Assembly: GCA_031265235.1 (NCBI GenBank)
Contig: JAISCX010000002.1
Span: forward strand, 22,939 to 86,938
DNA from: Rickettsiales bacterium
GTDB taxonomy: Bacteria > Pseudomonadota > Alphaproteobacteria > Rs-D84
Direction of reading: 5' to 3'
DNA length: 64,000 bases
In this document: piece after piece, positions 46,563 to 55,160 of the stretch
Position numbering within the stretch: the stretch's first letter is position 1
How the letters are laid out: every line of letters begins with the position of its first letter
Made by a program: the position numbers and the translations under genes
The notes under the pieces: generated by a model
What the model was told of the DNA's origin: nothing
Seen by the model: the letters and a program-made list of their open reading frames with translations, nothing else
The model's database searches: none

Positions 46563-47162
46563 TCACGCGGTTTTATAAATCGTATCTTTCGTATGCGGCG
46601 TACCGATATAAATCATTGTGCCCAAAGGCGACAGGATGAAATCCAGTTCGCGCAGACGCTCTCTCAGCTTTTCACGTTTTTGCGCGGTGTTGCAGGTATT
46701 CGGAACTTCTACGTCGTCGCAGATAATCAGGTCCGAACGCATGCCTGTGATGTTACCGTTGATACCTTGGCAAATTATGGAAGGTTCGCGAATGCCGGGC
46801 GGACGATTTATGGTCAGCCTGTGCCTCCCCCATTCTTTTTTGACGGCGGGCAACATGTCGCGGCAAAACTCGTGATTTTCCAAGATGTGCTTTATATGAG
46901 ACACCATGCGCGATGCCAGATTTGTTTCTGCGGATAAAATCATGATCCGCGCGTGCGGCCGCATGCACAGAATCCATGCGGCAAAAATGCCGACAACGGT
47001 TGATTTTCCAGAATGCCGGAATGCCGCCAAAAGGGCTCGGCGTGGCTCGGCGTCCGAAGATTCCACCAAAAATCGCAGAATATCCTTATGATGCGCGGGC
47101 GTTGCGAACCCGATCAGCTCGTTCCATGAATTTAAAAAATTTAAAGCGGAAGAATAATGCAT
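46563..47162 (-). pseudogene. T7-like terminase large subunit, N-terminal ATPase fragment
   Basis: Walker A AFRHSGKST, Walker B LIICDDVE, coupling motif IYIGTP; co-linear with T7 gp19 residues ~45-210; stops 2 codons after TIYK. Confidence 0.8.
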
Positions 47163-47167
47163 GAATA

Positions 47168-47737
47168 TTAAATATTCCCGTAATCGTCTTTGGTTTCATT
47201 TGCGGCGGGCTCTGTAATGCTGCCGTAATCGTTGATCAATTGGGGCAATGCGTCCGACAACACGGTCACCAGATTGTTATAAAGTCCCAAAACTGCGCCG
47301 CCGCTCATTTTGTCCCTGATAGTGTCGTGCGCGTATTGAACTTGGGCCAGCGCCGTGTTCATAATGGCGATCACATTGTCATGAATGTTCTTCCATTCGA
47401 TCACGTCGATTTCGACTTCGTAAAGGTCGCGGAACGCTTCCAACAGAAAGTTGAAATCTGCGTTCAGCTGTTCCGGATCAATTTTCGCGGTCGGCTGGTA
47501 ATCTATGAACCTTTCCAGATTTATGCGGCGAAAAATATCGATTCGGGCGTTTTGCTCTGGCGCGGATGCAAAGCTGATGATTCCGCCGTGCATGTCTTCG
47601 GATGACGCAAGATTGTATTCCGATGGTTCAAGCAATTCTTCATTTATCGCAACGCGGATGTCGGCCGGCTGAAAGAATTCGAAATCGAATGCGAACTCGG
47701 CCTGGCTGCCGTCGGCGGCATAGGATATTTTATACAT
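47168..47737 (-). CDS. T7-like tail fibre protein, N-terminal (tail-attachment) domain only
   Basis: YAADGSQAEFAFDFEFF...RRINLERFIDYQPTAKIDPEQLN parallels T7 gp17 N-terminus YQLDGSNRDFNIPFEYL...RRVTSTTDRLVDF; 189 aa against ~550 aa in T7. Confidence 0.55.
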   Translation of the reverse strand: MYKISYAADGSQAEFAFDFEFFQPADIRVAINEELLEPSEYNLASSEDMHGGIISFASAPEQNARIDIFRRINLERFIDYQPTAKIDPEQLNADFNFLLEAFRDLYEVEIDVIEWKNIHDNVIAIMNTALAQVQYAHDTIRDKMSGGAVLGLYNNLVTVLSDALPQLINDYGSITEPAANETKDDYGNI

Positions 47738-47752
47738 GGTGGCGCCTTTGTT

Positions 47753-48103
47753 TTAATTCATAATTTTTTCAAAATTAGAAATAATCGATTTCAACAGATT
47801 GGTTTTTTTTAGCTTTCTCAGCTTGGATAGCTTGTCCATATTTGATCTTTTTTTATCATTGAACGGCTCTTCCGTTTCATCGCGCATGCGCCGCAGCACG
47901 GCTTCCTCTGTCATGCCTTTGCCGGTCATTCCGCCGGCGCCATAAGCTGCGCGTTGTTTCGCCAAAGCTTTTTTCACAAGATTTGTTTTTGCGGCTTCGT
48001 CGTTGGCGATCTGGTCCAGAACTTTTTGGCGTTCTTGTTTGATTTCTTTGTTTTCGTTTTTATTGCCCAAAATACTTTGAACATCGTTGGCAAGTTGTCC
48101 CAT
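47753..48103 (-). CDS. small basic virion protein (gp13-like internal protein?)
   Basis: Lys-rich ~115-aa ORF in the gp13 position. Confidence 0.25.
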   Translation of the reverse strand: MGQLANDVQSILGNKNENKEIKQERQKVLDQIANDEAAKTNLVKKALAKQRAAYGAGGMTGKGMTEEAVLRRMRDETEEPFNDKKRSNMDKLSKLRKLKKTNLLKSIISNFEKIMN

Positions 48104-48117
48104 TTTAAATCCTTTTT

Positions 48118-49857
48118 TTAAATTGAATATCTTCCTTCTGCCGTGACGGATAAAATTGTGCAGGGCAGGGGTTCCGAGCCTTCTATTTCCCACAGTGGCT
48201 GCATGGCGGCGGCGTTCGTCCCAAGCAGCGATATGGAAACATCGCCGGAATATCCCGGGTTTTCTGGTTTCTGAACTTCGTTCGGAAGCGCTGCGCGAAA
48301 TGCCTGGGGCCCGATTTTGAAAAACATAGACTTTGTTTCCAAAACGCGCGCGGATATTTTTGTAAGACGAATTTTTTTCAATGGATGGCCAGATGCGAAC
48401 AGCGGCATGCCACTGGCTGCAAACGCGAATCCGAATCCGCCGGAATCGTTCGCTGCGGCATTTGAAAATTTTTCAACAAACGTTCCGATGTCGCGTGCGA
48501 CGATAACAAATATTTCATCATTCATAACCGCGACGGATTTGAATTCGCCCTGGGTTTTGTATTCGGCCCATGCGGATATTGATAAGGCCGCTATTTTTGT
48601 AAGCACAGCGATGCTGCCGCCCTGCATGGCGACGAACAGCCTGTGCGATTCGTCGTGATATGCGATTGACGTCGGCGTTTTCATCAAGTGCGAAGACAAT
48701 GCGCACAAATCCGGCGCACTGTAATTTTGCCCAAGGTCGTCCAGAATCAGTTCGCGGATTTCGGTATTTGTGCGGGACACGAAAACAGTGCATCCTTCTA
48801 TCTTTTGCGGCGGCAGATACCTGTCCGCGCAGGATCCTACGGACGTGTGCTGTTTTATGTCTATCGTTGCCGGCGTCAATGGCTTTGCGGTGATCGCCCA
48901 TTCGCCGCTGGTGGTTAGTATCTGCAGGTTTTCGGATGACGCGACGGTGCATATCTGCTGTCTTGCGCCGGAAAGCAAGGTTAAAAATATCGCCTCGTCA
49001 TCCAGCCCCGTGCCGGCGTCAAAATTCATGTGATCGCCGACTTTCGACATCCAAACGCCGCACGGCCAGTCGCGCGATCCTCCGAATACCAGCCGGTCTT
49101 GATGGAATGTAATGCTGCGCGGCCATCCGCGGCGCGCGGAAAATGCGGCTTCTTTCCAGTCCGACACGGACGCGCCGGGTGGCGAATATGCTCCGTTTGT
49201 CTGTGCCACGACGACGGTTGGACTGGCATATTCCGTAACCAGCCATTGCCTGCCCATGAACATCAGCGTGCCGCCAACGTTCGCGGGTTTCCAAAAGGCG
49301 CGGTCAGCAGTGATGGTCGCATAGTTGTTGCCAGACGGATGGGTCGCGATATCCAGCTTCACGTCATCCGAATCGTCGAATCTTATGAACGGAATATTTT
49401 CGGTCATATCGTCATTGCGCGAAAATTCAAAGTCATTTAGGGAAAATGAATTTTCGCCAGTTTTGCGCAAGACCACAGGACGCTTTCCCGGATGGACGAA
49501 AATCATTGTGCCGAATCGCTGGGCGTATTGCACGTTCTTCAATTCGTCTGCGGACCAAGGTGCCGACAAATCCTGGACGAAAGAATCGCCGTTATAAATT
49601 TTTATGTGCCCCGCATGCATTACCAGCAGATAGTTTTCGTTGTCGCCGACCGACATCGGCACCAGCATTGAATCCGCGTTTGTTTCAAACATACGGACGG
49701 TGCCCGCCCGCCGCGATATCGCGCCGGACTTTAGCACGTCCATATTTACCAGGCGCGACAATCCCCGCGCCGCCGCGGCCATATCGCCGCGCGCAAAGAA
49801 TTCATGCGCCATTTCGCCATTCGCGAAAGAATTCTGGGTATGCATAAATTTTCCCAT
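48118..49857 (-). CDS. T7-like tail tubular protein B (gp12-like)
   Basis: 579 aa immediately downstream of the gp11-like gene; N-terminal similarity pattern to T7 gp12. Confidence 0.45.
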   Translation of the reverse strand: MGKFMHTQNSFANGEMAHEFFARGDMAAAARGLSRLVNMDVLKSGAISRRAGTVRMFETNADSMLVPMSVGDNENYLLVMHAGHIKIYNGDSFVQDLSAPWSADELKNVQYAQRFGTMIFVHPGKRPVVLRKTGENSFSLNDFEFSRNDDMTENIPFIRFDDSDDVKLDIATHPSGNNYATITADRAFWKPANVGGTLMFMGRQWLVTEYASPTVVVAQTNGAYSPPGASVSDWKEAAFSARRGWPRSITFHQDRLVFGGSRDWPCGVWMSKVGDHMNFDAGTGLDDEAIFLTLLSGARQQICTVASSENLQILTTSGEWAITAKPLTPATIDIKQHTSVGSCADRYLPPQKIEGCTVFVSRTNTEIRELILDDLGQNYSAPDLCALSSHLMKTPTSIAYHDESHRLFVAMQGGSIAVLTKIAALSISAWAEYKTQGEFKSVAVMNDEIFVIVARDIGTFVEKFSNAAANDSGGFGFAFAASGMPLFASGHPLKKIRLTKISARVLETKSMFFKIGPQAFRAALPNEVQKPENPGYSGDVSISLLGTNAAAMQPLWEIEGSEPLPCTILSVTAEGRYSI

Positions 49858-49874
49858 TGTTTTTTCCTTTTTTT

Positions 49875-50402
49875 CTAGAATCGCGCGCTGATCAGTGAAA
49901 AGTTGGCAATGTCGGCGGCGGACGCCATCGTGCTATCGATGAATTTGGCCGCGCGCAGTTCCGAATCATAAAGCGCCGCCAAAGTGTTGAATGCGTTTTG
50001 ATTGTCTGTTAGCGGCATGCAGAATTCCATGGCAAGCTTTGTGACAGCGGCGGATATGAAGTAAGACGGATAATTTTCAACGCCGACGCGCGCAACCCCG
50101 TTTATTGAAACCTTTTCTCCGCTGGCAATAATTCTGTTGCCGGTTATCTCATAACGTGCGGCATCGCATGACATCACGCGCAGGACATCTGTCGGTATCA
50201 GAAAATTCCCGTCCAAAGTTTTGACAAGGTCGTATTTTTTGACGGCGAATCTCCATGGGTGCGCGGATAATAAAGAATCGGTTATGTTGTCGAACAGTGT
50301 TCTTGCCAATTGCGCGCCCGCGGTGTCCTCGTTGAAAGATTGGATCGGCTTTTCGCCTATTTTAAGCAAAGCCATGGAACATAAGTCTATTTTGGTGGGC
50401 AT
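49875..50402 (-). CDS. T7-like tail tubular protein A (gp11-like)
   Basis: ALLKIGEKPIQSF...ARTLFDNITDSLLSAHPWRF parallels T7 gp11 ILASIGEPPVSTL...ARRILNKINRQIQSRGWTF. Confidence 0.55.
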   Translation of the reverse strand: MPTKIDLCSMALLKIGEKPIQSFNEDTAGAQLARTLFDNITDSLLSAHPWRFAVKKYDLVKTLDGNFLIPTDVLRVMSCDAARYEITGNRIIASGEKVSINGVARVGVENYPSYFISAAVTKLAMEFCMPLTDNQNAFNTLAALYDSELRAAKFIDSTMASAADIANFSLISARF

Positions 50403-50495
50403 TAAAAACTCCGTTTTTTTAATGGTAAGTGAAAAGCAACACGCAATACAGGTTCGGAATTTGAATCAAAAGTCCAATCTATCTGTTACTTGTCG

Positions 50496-50726
50496 CTATC
50501 CTAATATTGCCACGGCGATATCGGGATTTGTCGTAACGACTCTGCGAATCGCCGTGTTGTCGATTGAATTGACTAATATGATGTCGCCGGCATTCATCAG
50601 TGTCCGGACATCATTGAAATATCCGTCCGTGCATATTGCGCCCAGCGATACGTGTTCCGCATAGTGCCAAAGGGTGAACCCGTTCGCATATGCAATCACA
50701 GACAAATTCTTATTTGCAAAAGCCAT
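50496..50726 (-). CDS. small hypothetical protein
   Basis: 76-aa ORF between the capsid and gp11-like genes. Confidence 0.2.
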   Translation of the reverse strand: MAFANKNLSVIAYANGFTLWHYAEHVSLGAICTDGYFNDVRTLMNAGDIILVNSIDNTAIRRVVTTNPDIAVAILG

Positions 50727-50743
50727 GAAAAATCCTTTTTTTT

Positions 50744-50848
50744 AGTGATTAGTGCAAGTGTTAGTGCAAGTGCAAGCAGTGAATATGAAGATACATGTTT
50801 TTATCATGCATCCTTGATCCACTTACACTTGCACTTGCATTTACACTA
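50744..50848. repeat. palindromic heptamer-repeat element, family B (third copy)
   Basis: ttagtgcaagtgttagtgcaagtgcaagcagtg ... ccacttacacttgcacttgcatttacac. Confidence 0.65.
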
Positions 50849-51658
50849 TTCAGCGCAGCTGATTTTCACAATCCCGGCATTGTCGATCAGGCATGCGCCT
50901 TGGGACATGCTGTTGCATACGAAATGCGCGGCGCGCTCGCCATTCCAAGAAATGTCGGTTTTGACATCCTGGCCGGATGCGTGCCCAACGGCGGACGCGT
51001 GATACATAAAACAGTCGCGCACGCCGTCGTCTTCCGGCAGGCCGTTGTGCAAAAGCCAATTGACCCCAAGCCATTTCTTGGTTTCAAATCCGCCGACCAG
51101 CGCGCCGGTTCCGACATAGTCCGCATTGGTGAATTCTTCCAATGACAGCAGTTCGTTCCACTGGTGCACTCCGACGACGCAGAATCTGCGGCCGTCGTCA
51201 GGAATATCTTTTTCGTTCAGATATTCGACGGCGGAAAGAATCAGATCTTTGGAAAGACCCGTAGCTCCGGTGCCGGCAACTGTCAAAGCGCCCGACATCG
51301 CATTGATGATCAGTTCATCCGTTTTGCGACCAAGCGCGTACGCGCCGGCGGATGCGACGACGCGGCGTTCATCGATGTTGGTTTTTAATTCATCCAGGGC
51401 ATCGACCCAATCGCCGGCGTAATAGTCGGCCAGCTGGCATTCGACCGGCGTGTGCTGCAGGTTCATGACAGGAACCAGTTCATGGCGTTCTTTGGTTGCG
51501 GCGGTGCCTTTGCCGACTTTTTGAAATACGGTGCTGGCGCCCGTGACACCGTTCTTGGAACGCACGGTAGAGCGTAATTTTGTTCCGGTCTGCTGGTATG
51601 CCAAATGCACGTCAGCTTCGAACTGTTTTACAAATGCATGATCTATGGTTAAAGACAT
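50846..51658 (-). CDS. T7-like major capsid protein (gp10 family)
   Basis: HAFVKQFEADVHLAY...RSTVRSKNGVTGASTVFQKVG parallels T7 gp10 ALFLKVFGGEVLTAFA...RHMVRSISSGKSAQFPVLG. Confidence 0.7.
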   Translation of the reverse strand: MSLTIDHAFVKQFEADVHLAYQQTGTKLRSTVRSKNGVTGASTVFQKVGKGTAATKERHELVPVMNLQHTPVECQLADYYAGDWVDALDELKTNIDERRVVASAGAYALGRKTDELIINAMSGALTVAGTGATGLSKDLILSAVEYLNEKDIPDDGRRFCVVGVHQWNELLSLEEFTNADYVGTGALVGGFETKKWLGVNWLLHNGLPEDDGVRDCFMYHASAVGHASGQDVKTDISWNGERAAHFVCNSMSQGACLIDNAGIVKISCAE

Positions 51659-51710
51659 TTTTATTTCCTTTGGTTAATGGACACGGTATTTTGCAATGTC
51701 CGGTTAATAA

Positions 51711-51739
51711 AAAACCGGCGCTGCGATGGCGCCGTTTTT
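51711..51739. terminator. bidirectional hairpin (aaaaccggcgc-tgcgatg-gcgccgtttt) upstream of the capsid gene
   Basis: GC stem with A- and T-runs on both sides. Confidence 0.5.
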
Positions 51740-51821
51740 AAAGTTTAGCATTGCGGTTATGCGACATTCCGTCGCGCCGCTTTGCAAAACACGCGGGTCC
51801 AAAGGATTATCCGCGAATGAG

Positions 51822-51958
51822 AAAGTGAAAGAATGAAACAGTGAAAAGATAAAAAATTGCGGATGCTGCTGATTTGCGGCGACATGCTAACTATTTTACT
51901 GGGAAAAATTGCTTTGCAATTTTGCGAATTCACTCTTTTACTTTTTCACTCTAAAATA
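51822..51958. repeat. palindromic heptamer-repeat element, family C (AGTGAAA/TTTCACT)
   Basis: gagaaagtgaaagaatgaaacagtgaaaag ... attcactcttttactttttcactc with ~90-nt spacer; related copy at 56985-57098. Confidence 0.65.
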
Positions 51959-51960
51959 AA

Positions 51961-51983
51961 AAACCCGCGAACGCGGGTTTTTT
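51961..51983. terminator. bidirectional intrinsic terminator (aacccgcg-aa-cgcgggtt) flanked by A/T runs
   Basis: Lies just downstream of the K/A-rich gene on the minus strand. Confidence 0.55.
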
Positions 51984-52001
51984 ATTAGCATTGCAAAGAA
52001 A

Positions 52002-52451
52002 TTACCAAGCTTTTCTTGCGGCCGGCTTTTTCTTCGCCGGGGCTTTTTTTGCAACCGGTTTCTTTGCCGCAGGTTTTTTCACCGCAACTTTCTTAACGGC
52101 CGGTTTTTTTGCAACCGGCTTTTTCGCTGGGGCTTTTTTCGCAACCGGTTTCTTCGCCGCAGGTTTTTTTGCGACCGGCTTTTTCTTCGCCGGGGCTTTC
52201 TTCGCGATCAGCTTTTTTGCGACCGGGGCCTTTACGGCCAGCTTTGCGACTTTCTTCGCGGCGGGTTTTTTCGCCGGGGCTTTTTTCGCGACCGGATTTT
52301 TGACGGCCACTTTCTTCGCAACGGCTTTTTTCACCGCCGGCTTTTTAGCGGCCGGTTTTTTCACCGCTGGCTTTTTCGCCGCAGGCTTTTTAGCGACCGG
52401 TTTCTTTGCCGCAGGTTTCTTCGCAGTGGGTTTCAAGAATGAAAATGCCAT
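52002..52451 (-). CDS. histone H1-like Lys/Ala/Pro-rich protein (AKKPAAKKPVAKK repeats)
   Basis: AGGAG RBS before MAFSFLKPT; about 25 pentapeptide repeats encoded by 15-nt tandem DNA repeats; the plus-strand F/A/G-rich track ORF is its antisense. Confidence 0.55.
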   Translation of the reverse strand: MAFSFLKPTAKKPAAKKPVAKKPAAKKPAVKKPAAKKPAVKKAVAKKVAVKNPVAKKAPAKKPAAKKVAKLAVKAPVAKKLIAKKAPAKKKPVAKKPAAKKPVAKKAPAKKPVAKKPAVKKVAVKKPAAKKPVAKKAPAKKKPAARKAW

Positions 52452-52552
52452 TCTTCCTCTCCTTCTCTTTTGTTTTGATAGAACAAAATTTTTTTGTTCT
52501 TGGTACAATTGTATCTGAAACGAAAAAAATAGTCCAGAACATTTTGTAAAAA

Positions 52553-53206
52553 TCACGAATAAAGTTTTTTAAATCCGCTTTCGATCTTTCGTATGTATTC
52601 AGGATTGCGATCGCGCCAATATTTTGGATCGCGCATCATATCGCGGAGGTCATTGTCAGACAAATTCCCGCATTCGTTTTTTGACGTTGAAACGGATGGC
52701 TCTATATTTTGCATCATGGCAAAGATGCTGCGGATTCCCGCGGATGACGCGCATAACGATTCGTAAGTGTCTTTGGGCAAAAATTTTTCCGCAAAAGCGT
52801 CTATCGCCGTTAACGATTCCCGCATTTTTTCTTCGCTGCCGAAAAAGCTTTTTAATTCGAACATCGCGTCTGCAACATATCCCGATTGAAATATTTCCGA
52901 CAAGGCGGGTTCGAAAAATTCATTCGCGATTTCGTAAATTTTTTCAACCTGCCGCGCATTAAGTCCCGCTTCTTGAAATTTTTTCCGAATCATATCGTCA
53001 TCATACAAAGGATGCATAGGATATCCCGATATATCTTCCGGCACCCCGATTGCGCGGTTGAACCTGGCTTTGGAATCATCGTCCGCGTCATCGTTTGGCA
53101 ATGACACCATTGTTCCGATTTTCTTTTCAAGTTCGGAATATGATTTGATCAACGCCTCTGGGTTAAGCGTTCCGTCCTGGTTTTGGAATTTTTCTGGGAT
53201 TTGCAT
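52553..53206 (-). CDS. acidic protein, candidate scaffolding protein
   Basis: 217 aa, D/E-rich, positioned upstream of the capsid gene as gp9 is in T7. Confidence 0.35.
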   Translation of the reverse strand: MQIPEKFQNQDGTLNPEALIKSYSELEKKIGTMVSLPNDDADDDSKARFNRAIGVPEDISGYPMHPLYDDDMIRKKFQEAGLNARQVEKIYEIANEFFEPALSEIFQSGYVADAMFELKSFFGSEEKMRESLTAIDAFAEKFLPKDTYESLCASSAGIRSIFAMMQNIEPSVSTSKNECGNLSDNDLRDMMRDPKYWRDRNPEYIRKIESGFKKLYS

Positions 53207-53403
53207 TCTTTCTCCTTTGATAGTTCGTTATTGACGCTTGCACGCAAGAAATAAATCCCGCCAAGCATGAAAATTGTTTGCAGCATATTGAATATATCTG
53301 TGTCCCCGGACAGATAAGTGGCGACTGCGGACAATATCCCGGCGGCAGCAGTCACGTATGTGCGGTATCCGGACAAGAATCCGCCTTTGATAATTTTGTT
53401 CAT
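53149..53403 (-). CDS. holin-like small membrane protein
   Basis: Two hydrophobic helices plus a basic C-terminal tail; adjacent to the endolysin. Confidence 0.35.
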   Translation of the reverse strand: MNKIIKGGFLSGYRTYVTAAAGILSAVATYLSGDTDIFNMLQTIFMLGGIYFLRASVNNELSKEKECKSQKNSKTRTERLTQRR

Positions 53404-53476
53404 GGGAAAACCTTTTCTAATAATAAGCAATCAGTAACTGACAATCGGTTGTCGCGCAAAGCGCATCAAAAGACCG

Positions 53477-53932
53477 CTACAAATAAAACAGCAATCCGTC
53501 CACGTCTGCGACGTATCCCATTGCCGCCGCCCACTCTGGTATATTATCTGCGTGGTGAAATCTTGTTGCGCCGGTGACAGCGTCTTTTAATTGTCCGCCC
53601 GTCATGCGTCTGACGGTGCGCAGGCAAATTTGAAATTCGGGCGTTCTGCTGTCCACGAACAAATCTTTATGCCTTTTGGATTCGCGTCGCAGCGATTTGA
53701 AGATATTTTCATCCTGTGCGATATCGGAAAGCGTTCGTCCCGTCTTGTTTGACAGGTTTGCGACCATGGACGCCAATGCTTCGACCACGCGCAAGCTGGA
53801 TGCAAGCGTTTCGGCATAAATGGCGCGCGCCAATTTATAGGTTGTAATCTTTGCGTCATCATCATTTTTAACCAGCGTCAATTGCGGCTGCGGCTTTGCT
53901 GTTTTCGATCGGGTCATTGGCATGGCGTTCAT
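53477..53932 (-). CDS. SleB-type cell-wall hydrolase (putative endolysin)
   Basis: LARAIYAETLASS resembles the conserved SleB/Hydrolase_2 motif ARTIYGEARGE; 151 aa. Confidence 0.5.
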   Translation of the reverse strand: MNAMPMTRSKTAKPQPQLTLVKNDDDAKITTYKLARAIYAETLASSLRVVEALASMVANLSNKTGRTLSDIAQDENIFKSLRRESKRHKDLFVDSRTPEFQICLRTVRRMTGGQLKDAVTGATRFHHADNIPEWAAAMGYVADVDGLLFYL

Positions 53933-53960
53933 GTTGTTTCCTTTTTTTGTGTAAAAAATA

Positions 53961-53985
53961 CCCGCAAGGACTTGCGGGTTGAAAT
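53961..53985 (-). terminator. intrinsic terminator after mltB (minus strand)
   Basis: acccgcaag-tcc-ttgcgggt followed by a T-run on the minus strand. Confidence 0.55.
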
Positions 53986-54103
53986 TTTTGCAATAAAAAA
54001 CCCCGACCGGGGACGATATAAACTTTCACTGTTGATGTATATCATCATATCATAAATCACGCTGCAAATCAAGCGATAATTTCTTGCCGCCCCGCTGCGC
54101 GGA

Positions 54104-55111
54104 TCATTTTTTCAATTCTTCTGCCAATAATCCGATGGCGATCGCGTACCAATTTGAATTATTCCATTTCTTGATACGGTAAAAATTCGGATATGTCAGA
54201 TAAGCGCGCAAATTTGACGGCACTGCATTTTTTTCATCGGTCGAATTCGCCTCGCATATGATTCCCGCGACCATGTCAATGCGCGGTATAGCGCTTTCGT
54301 CCGGATTTTTTATTCCCATCGCCGCCCATTCGTTCAAAGTCTTTTTCGTCTTGCCGTCACATAAAGACTTGTCAAAATTTTCTGGCGTTGCCACCGTGCG
54401 CAGGATTTTTTCATCCTTGTTCCAGCCCAGCTTGTTCAAATAATTTCCAGCTGAAAACATCGCGTCGGATATATTGTTTATTATGTCTATGCGATCGTCC
54501 CCGTTTCCATCGACGCCGTATTGCTGCAAAGTTGTGGGGATAAATTGAAAGTGCCCCATCGCGCCGGCCCAGCTACCGCGGATGGTTTTGACTTTCAAGT
54601 TATTTTTTTCCGCGATTTTCATCAATGCCAGCAATTGGTCGCCAAAGAATTTTTCGCGCCGTCCGTCGTATATTAATGTCAGGAAAGCGTCCGATAATTT
54701 GTGCGAAGCCTTGTATTGTCCATATCGCGATTCCATTCCCCAGAATGCCAAGATTACATGCGGCGAAACGCCGAATTTTTGTTCGGTGCGACGCAGCAGC
54801 GTCGGATATTTCGCGCGCGCCGTGCGCCCCATGGTAATGCGTTCATTGCTTACCGCGCGGGTAAGGTATTCATTCAGGATTAATTTGAATTCGGCCTGAT
54901 TTTTATCTTTTTGGATAATTGATGGAATGAATGCGCCGTTTTGAATTACCTGATTGATTATATATGGGGATATGTTTTCTGCGATTGCGCGGTCTTGCAC
55001 CTGGTTTAATATCGCGTACCACCGGTCCATGTCGAATTCGCCTTCATCGGCGTATAAAGGCGTATTGCATATGCATAAGAAAGCCAGAAAGCAAATGATT
55101 GTTTTTTTCAT
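54104..55111 (-). CDS. mltB: lytic murein transglycosylase B family protein
   Basis: Signal peptide; GAMGHFQFIPTT and YGVDGNGDGRIDI motifs typical of MltB/Slt35. Confidence 0.7.
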   Translation of the reverse strand: MKKTIICFLAFLCICNTPLYADEGEFDMDRWYAILNQVQDRAIAENISPYIINQVIQNGAFIPSIIQKDKNQAEFKLILNEYLTRAVSNERITMGRTARAKYPTLLRRTEQKFGVSPHVILAFWGMESRYGQYKASHKLSDAFLTLIYDGRREKFFGDQLLALMKIAEKNNLKVKTIRGSWAGAMGHFQFIPTTLQQYGVDGNGDDRIDIINNISDAMFSAGNYLNKLGWNKDEKILRTVATPENFDKSLCDGKTKKTLNEWAAMGIKNPDESAIPRIDMVAGIICEANSTDEKNAVPSNLRAYLTYPNFYRIKKWNNSNWYAIAIGLLAEELKK

Positions 55112-55160
55112 AAAGCCACGATAGTGTGAACAAAGGATAAAGTTAATAAAAACTTTCAGC

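Larger units (their letters stand above)
37398..46576. mobile_element. ~9.2-kb insertion splitting the terminase gene (prim-pol/helicase, dnaB, tRNA-Asn, AT-rich cargo, repressor)
   Basis: The terminase N- and C-fragments abut its two ends and together reconstitute a T7 gp19-like ORF; TTTTAT at both junctions; imperfect 26-bp direct repeat caatt(t)ataa..aaatgtcgg near both ends (~37416-37441 and 46515-46540); genes are on the opposite strand to the phage module. Confidence 0.6.

Noticed and set aside
37398-46576. Integrase, transposase or T7-type promoters associated with the insert or prophage
   Set aside because: None of the ORFs in or next to the insert shows tyrosine or serine recombinase or DDE signatures by eye. 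No TAATACGACTCACTATAG-like promoter occurs. Mobility is inferred only from the disrupted target gene and the terminal repeats.
48317-49847. Several 60-140-aa ORFs on both strands inside the gp12-like gene
   Set aside because: All are nested in or antisense to the long gp12-like ORF and are Arg/Pro-rich. They are judged non-coding.
51991-52518. Plus-strand ORF encoding an F/A/G-rich repeat protein
   Set aside because: It is the antisense reading of the 15-nt tandem repeats that encode the AKKPA-repeat protein on the minus strand. The minus ORF has an AGGAG RBS and a plausible polycationic product, so the plus frame is judged artefactual.
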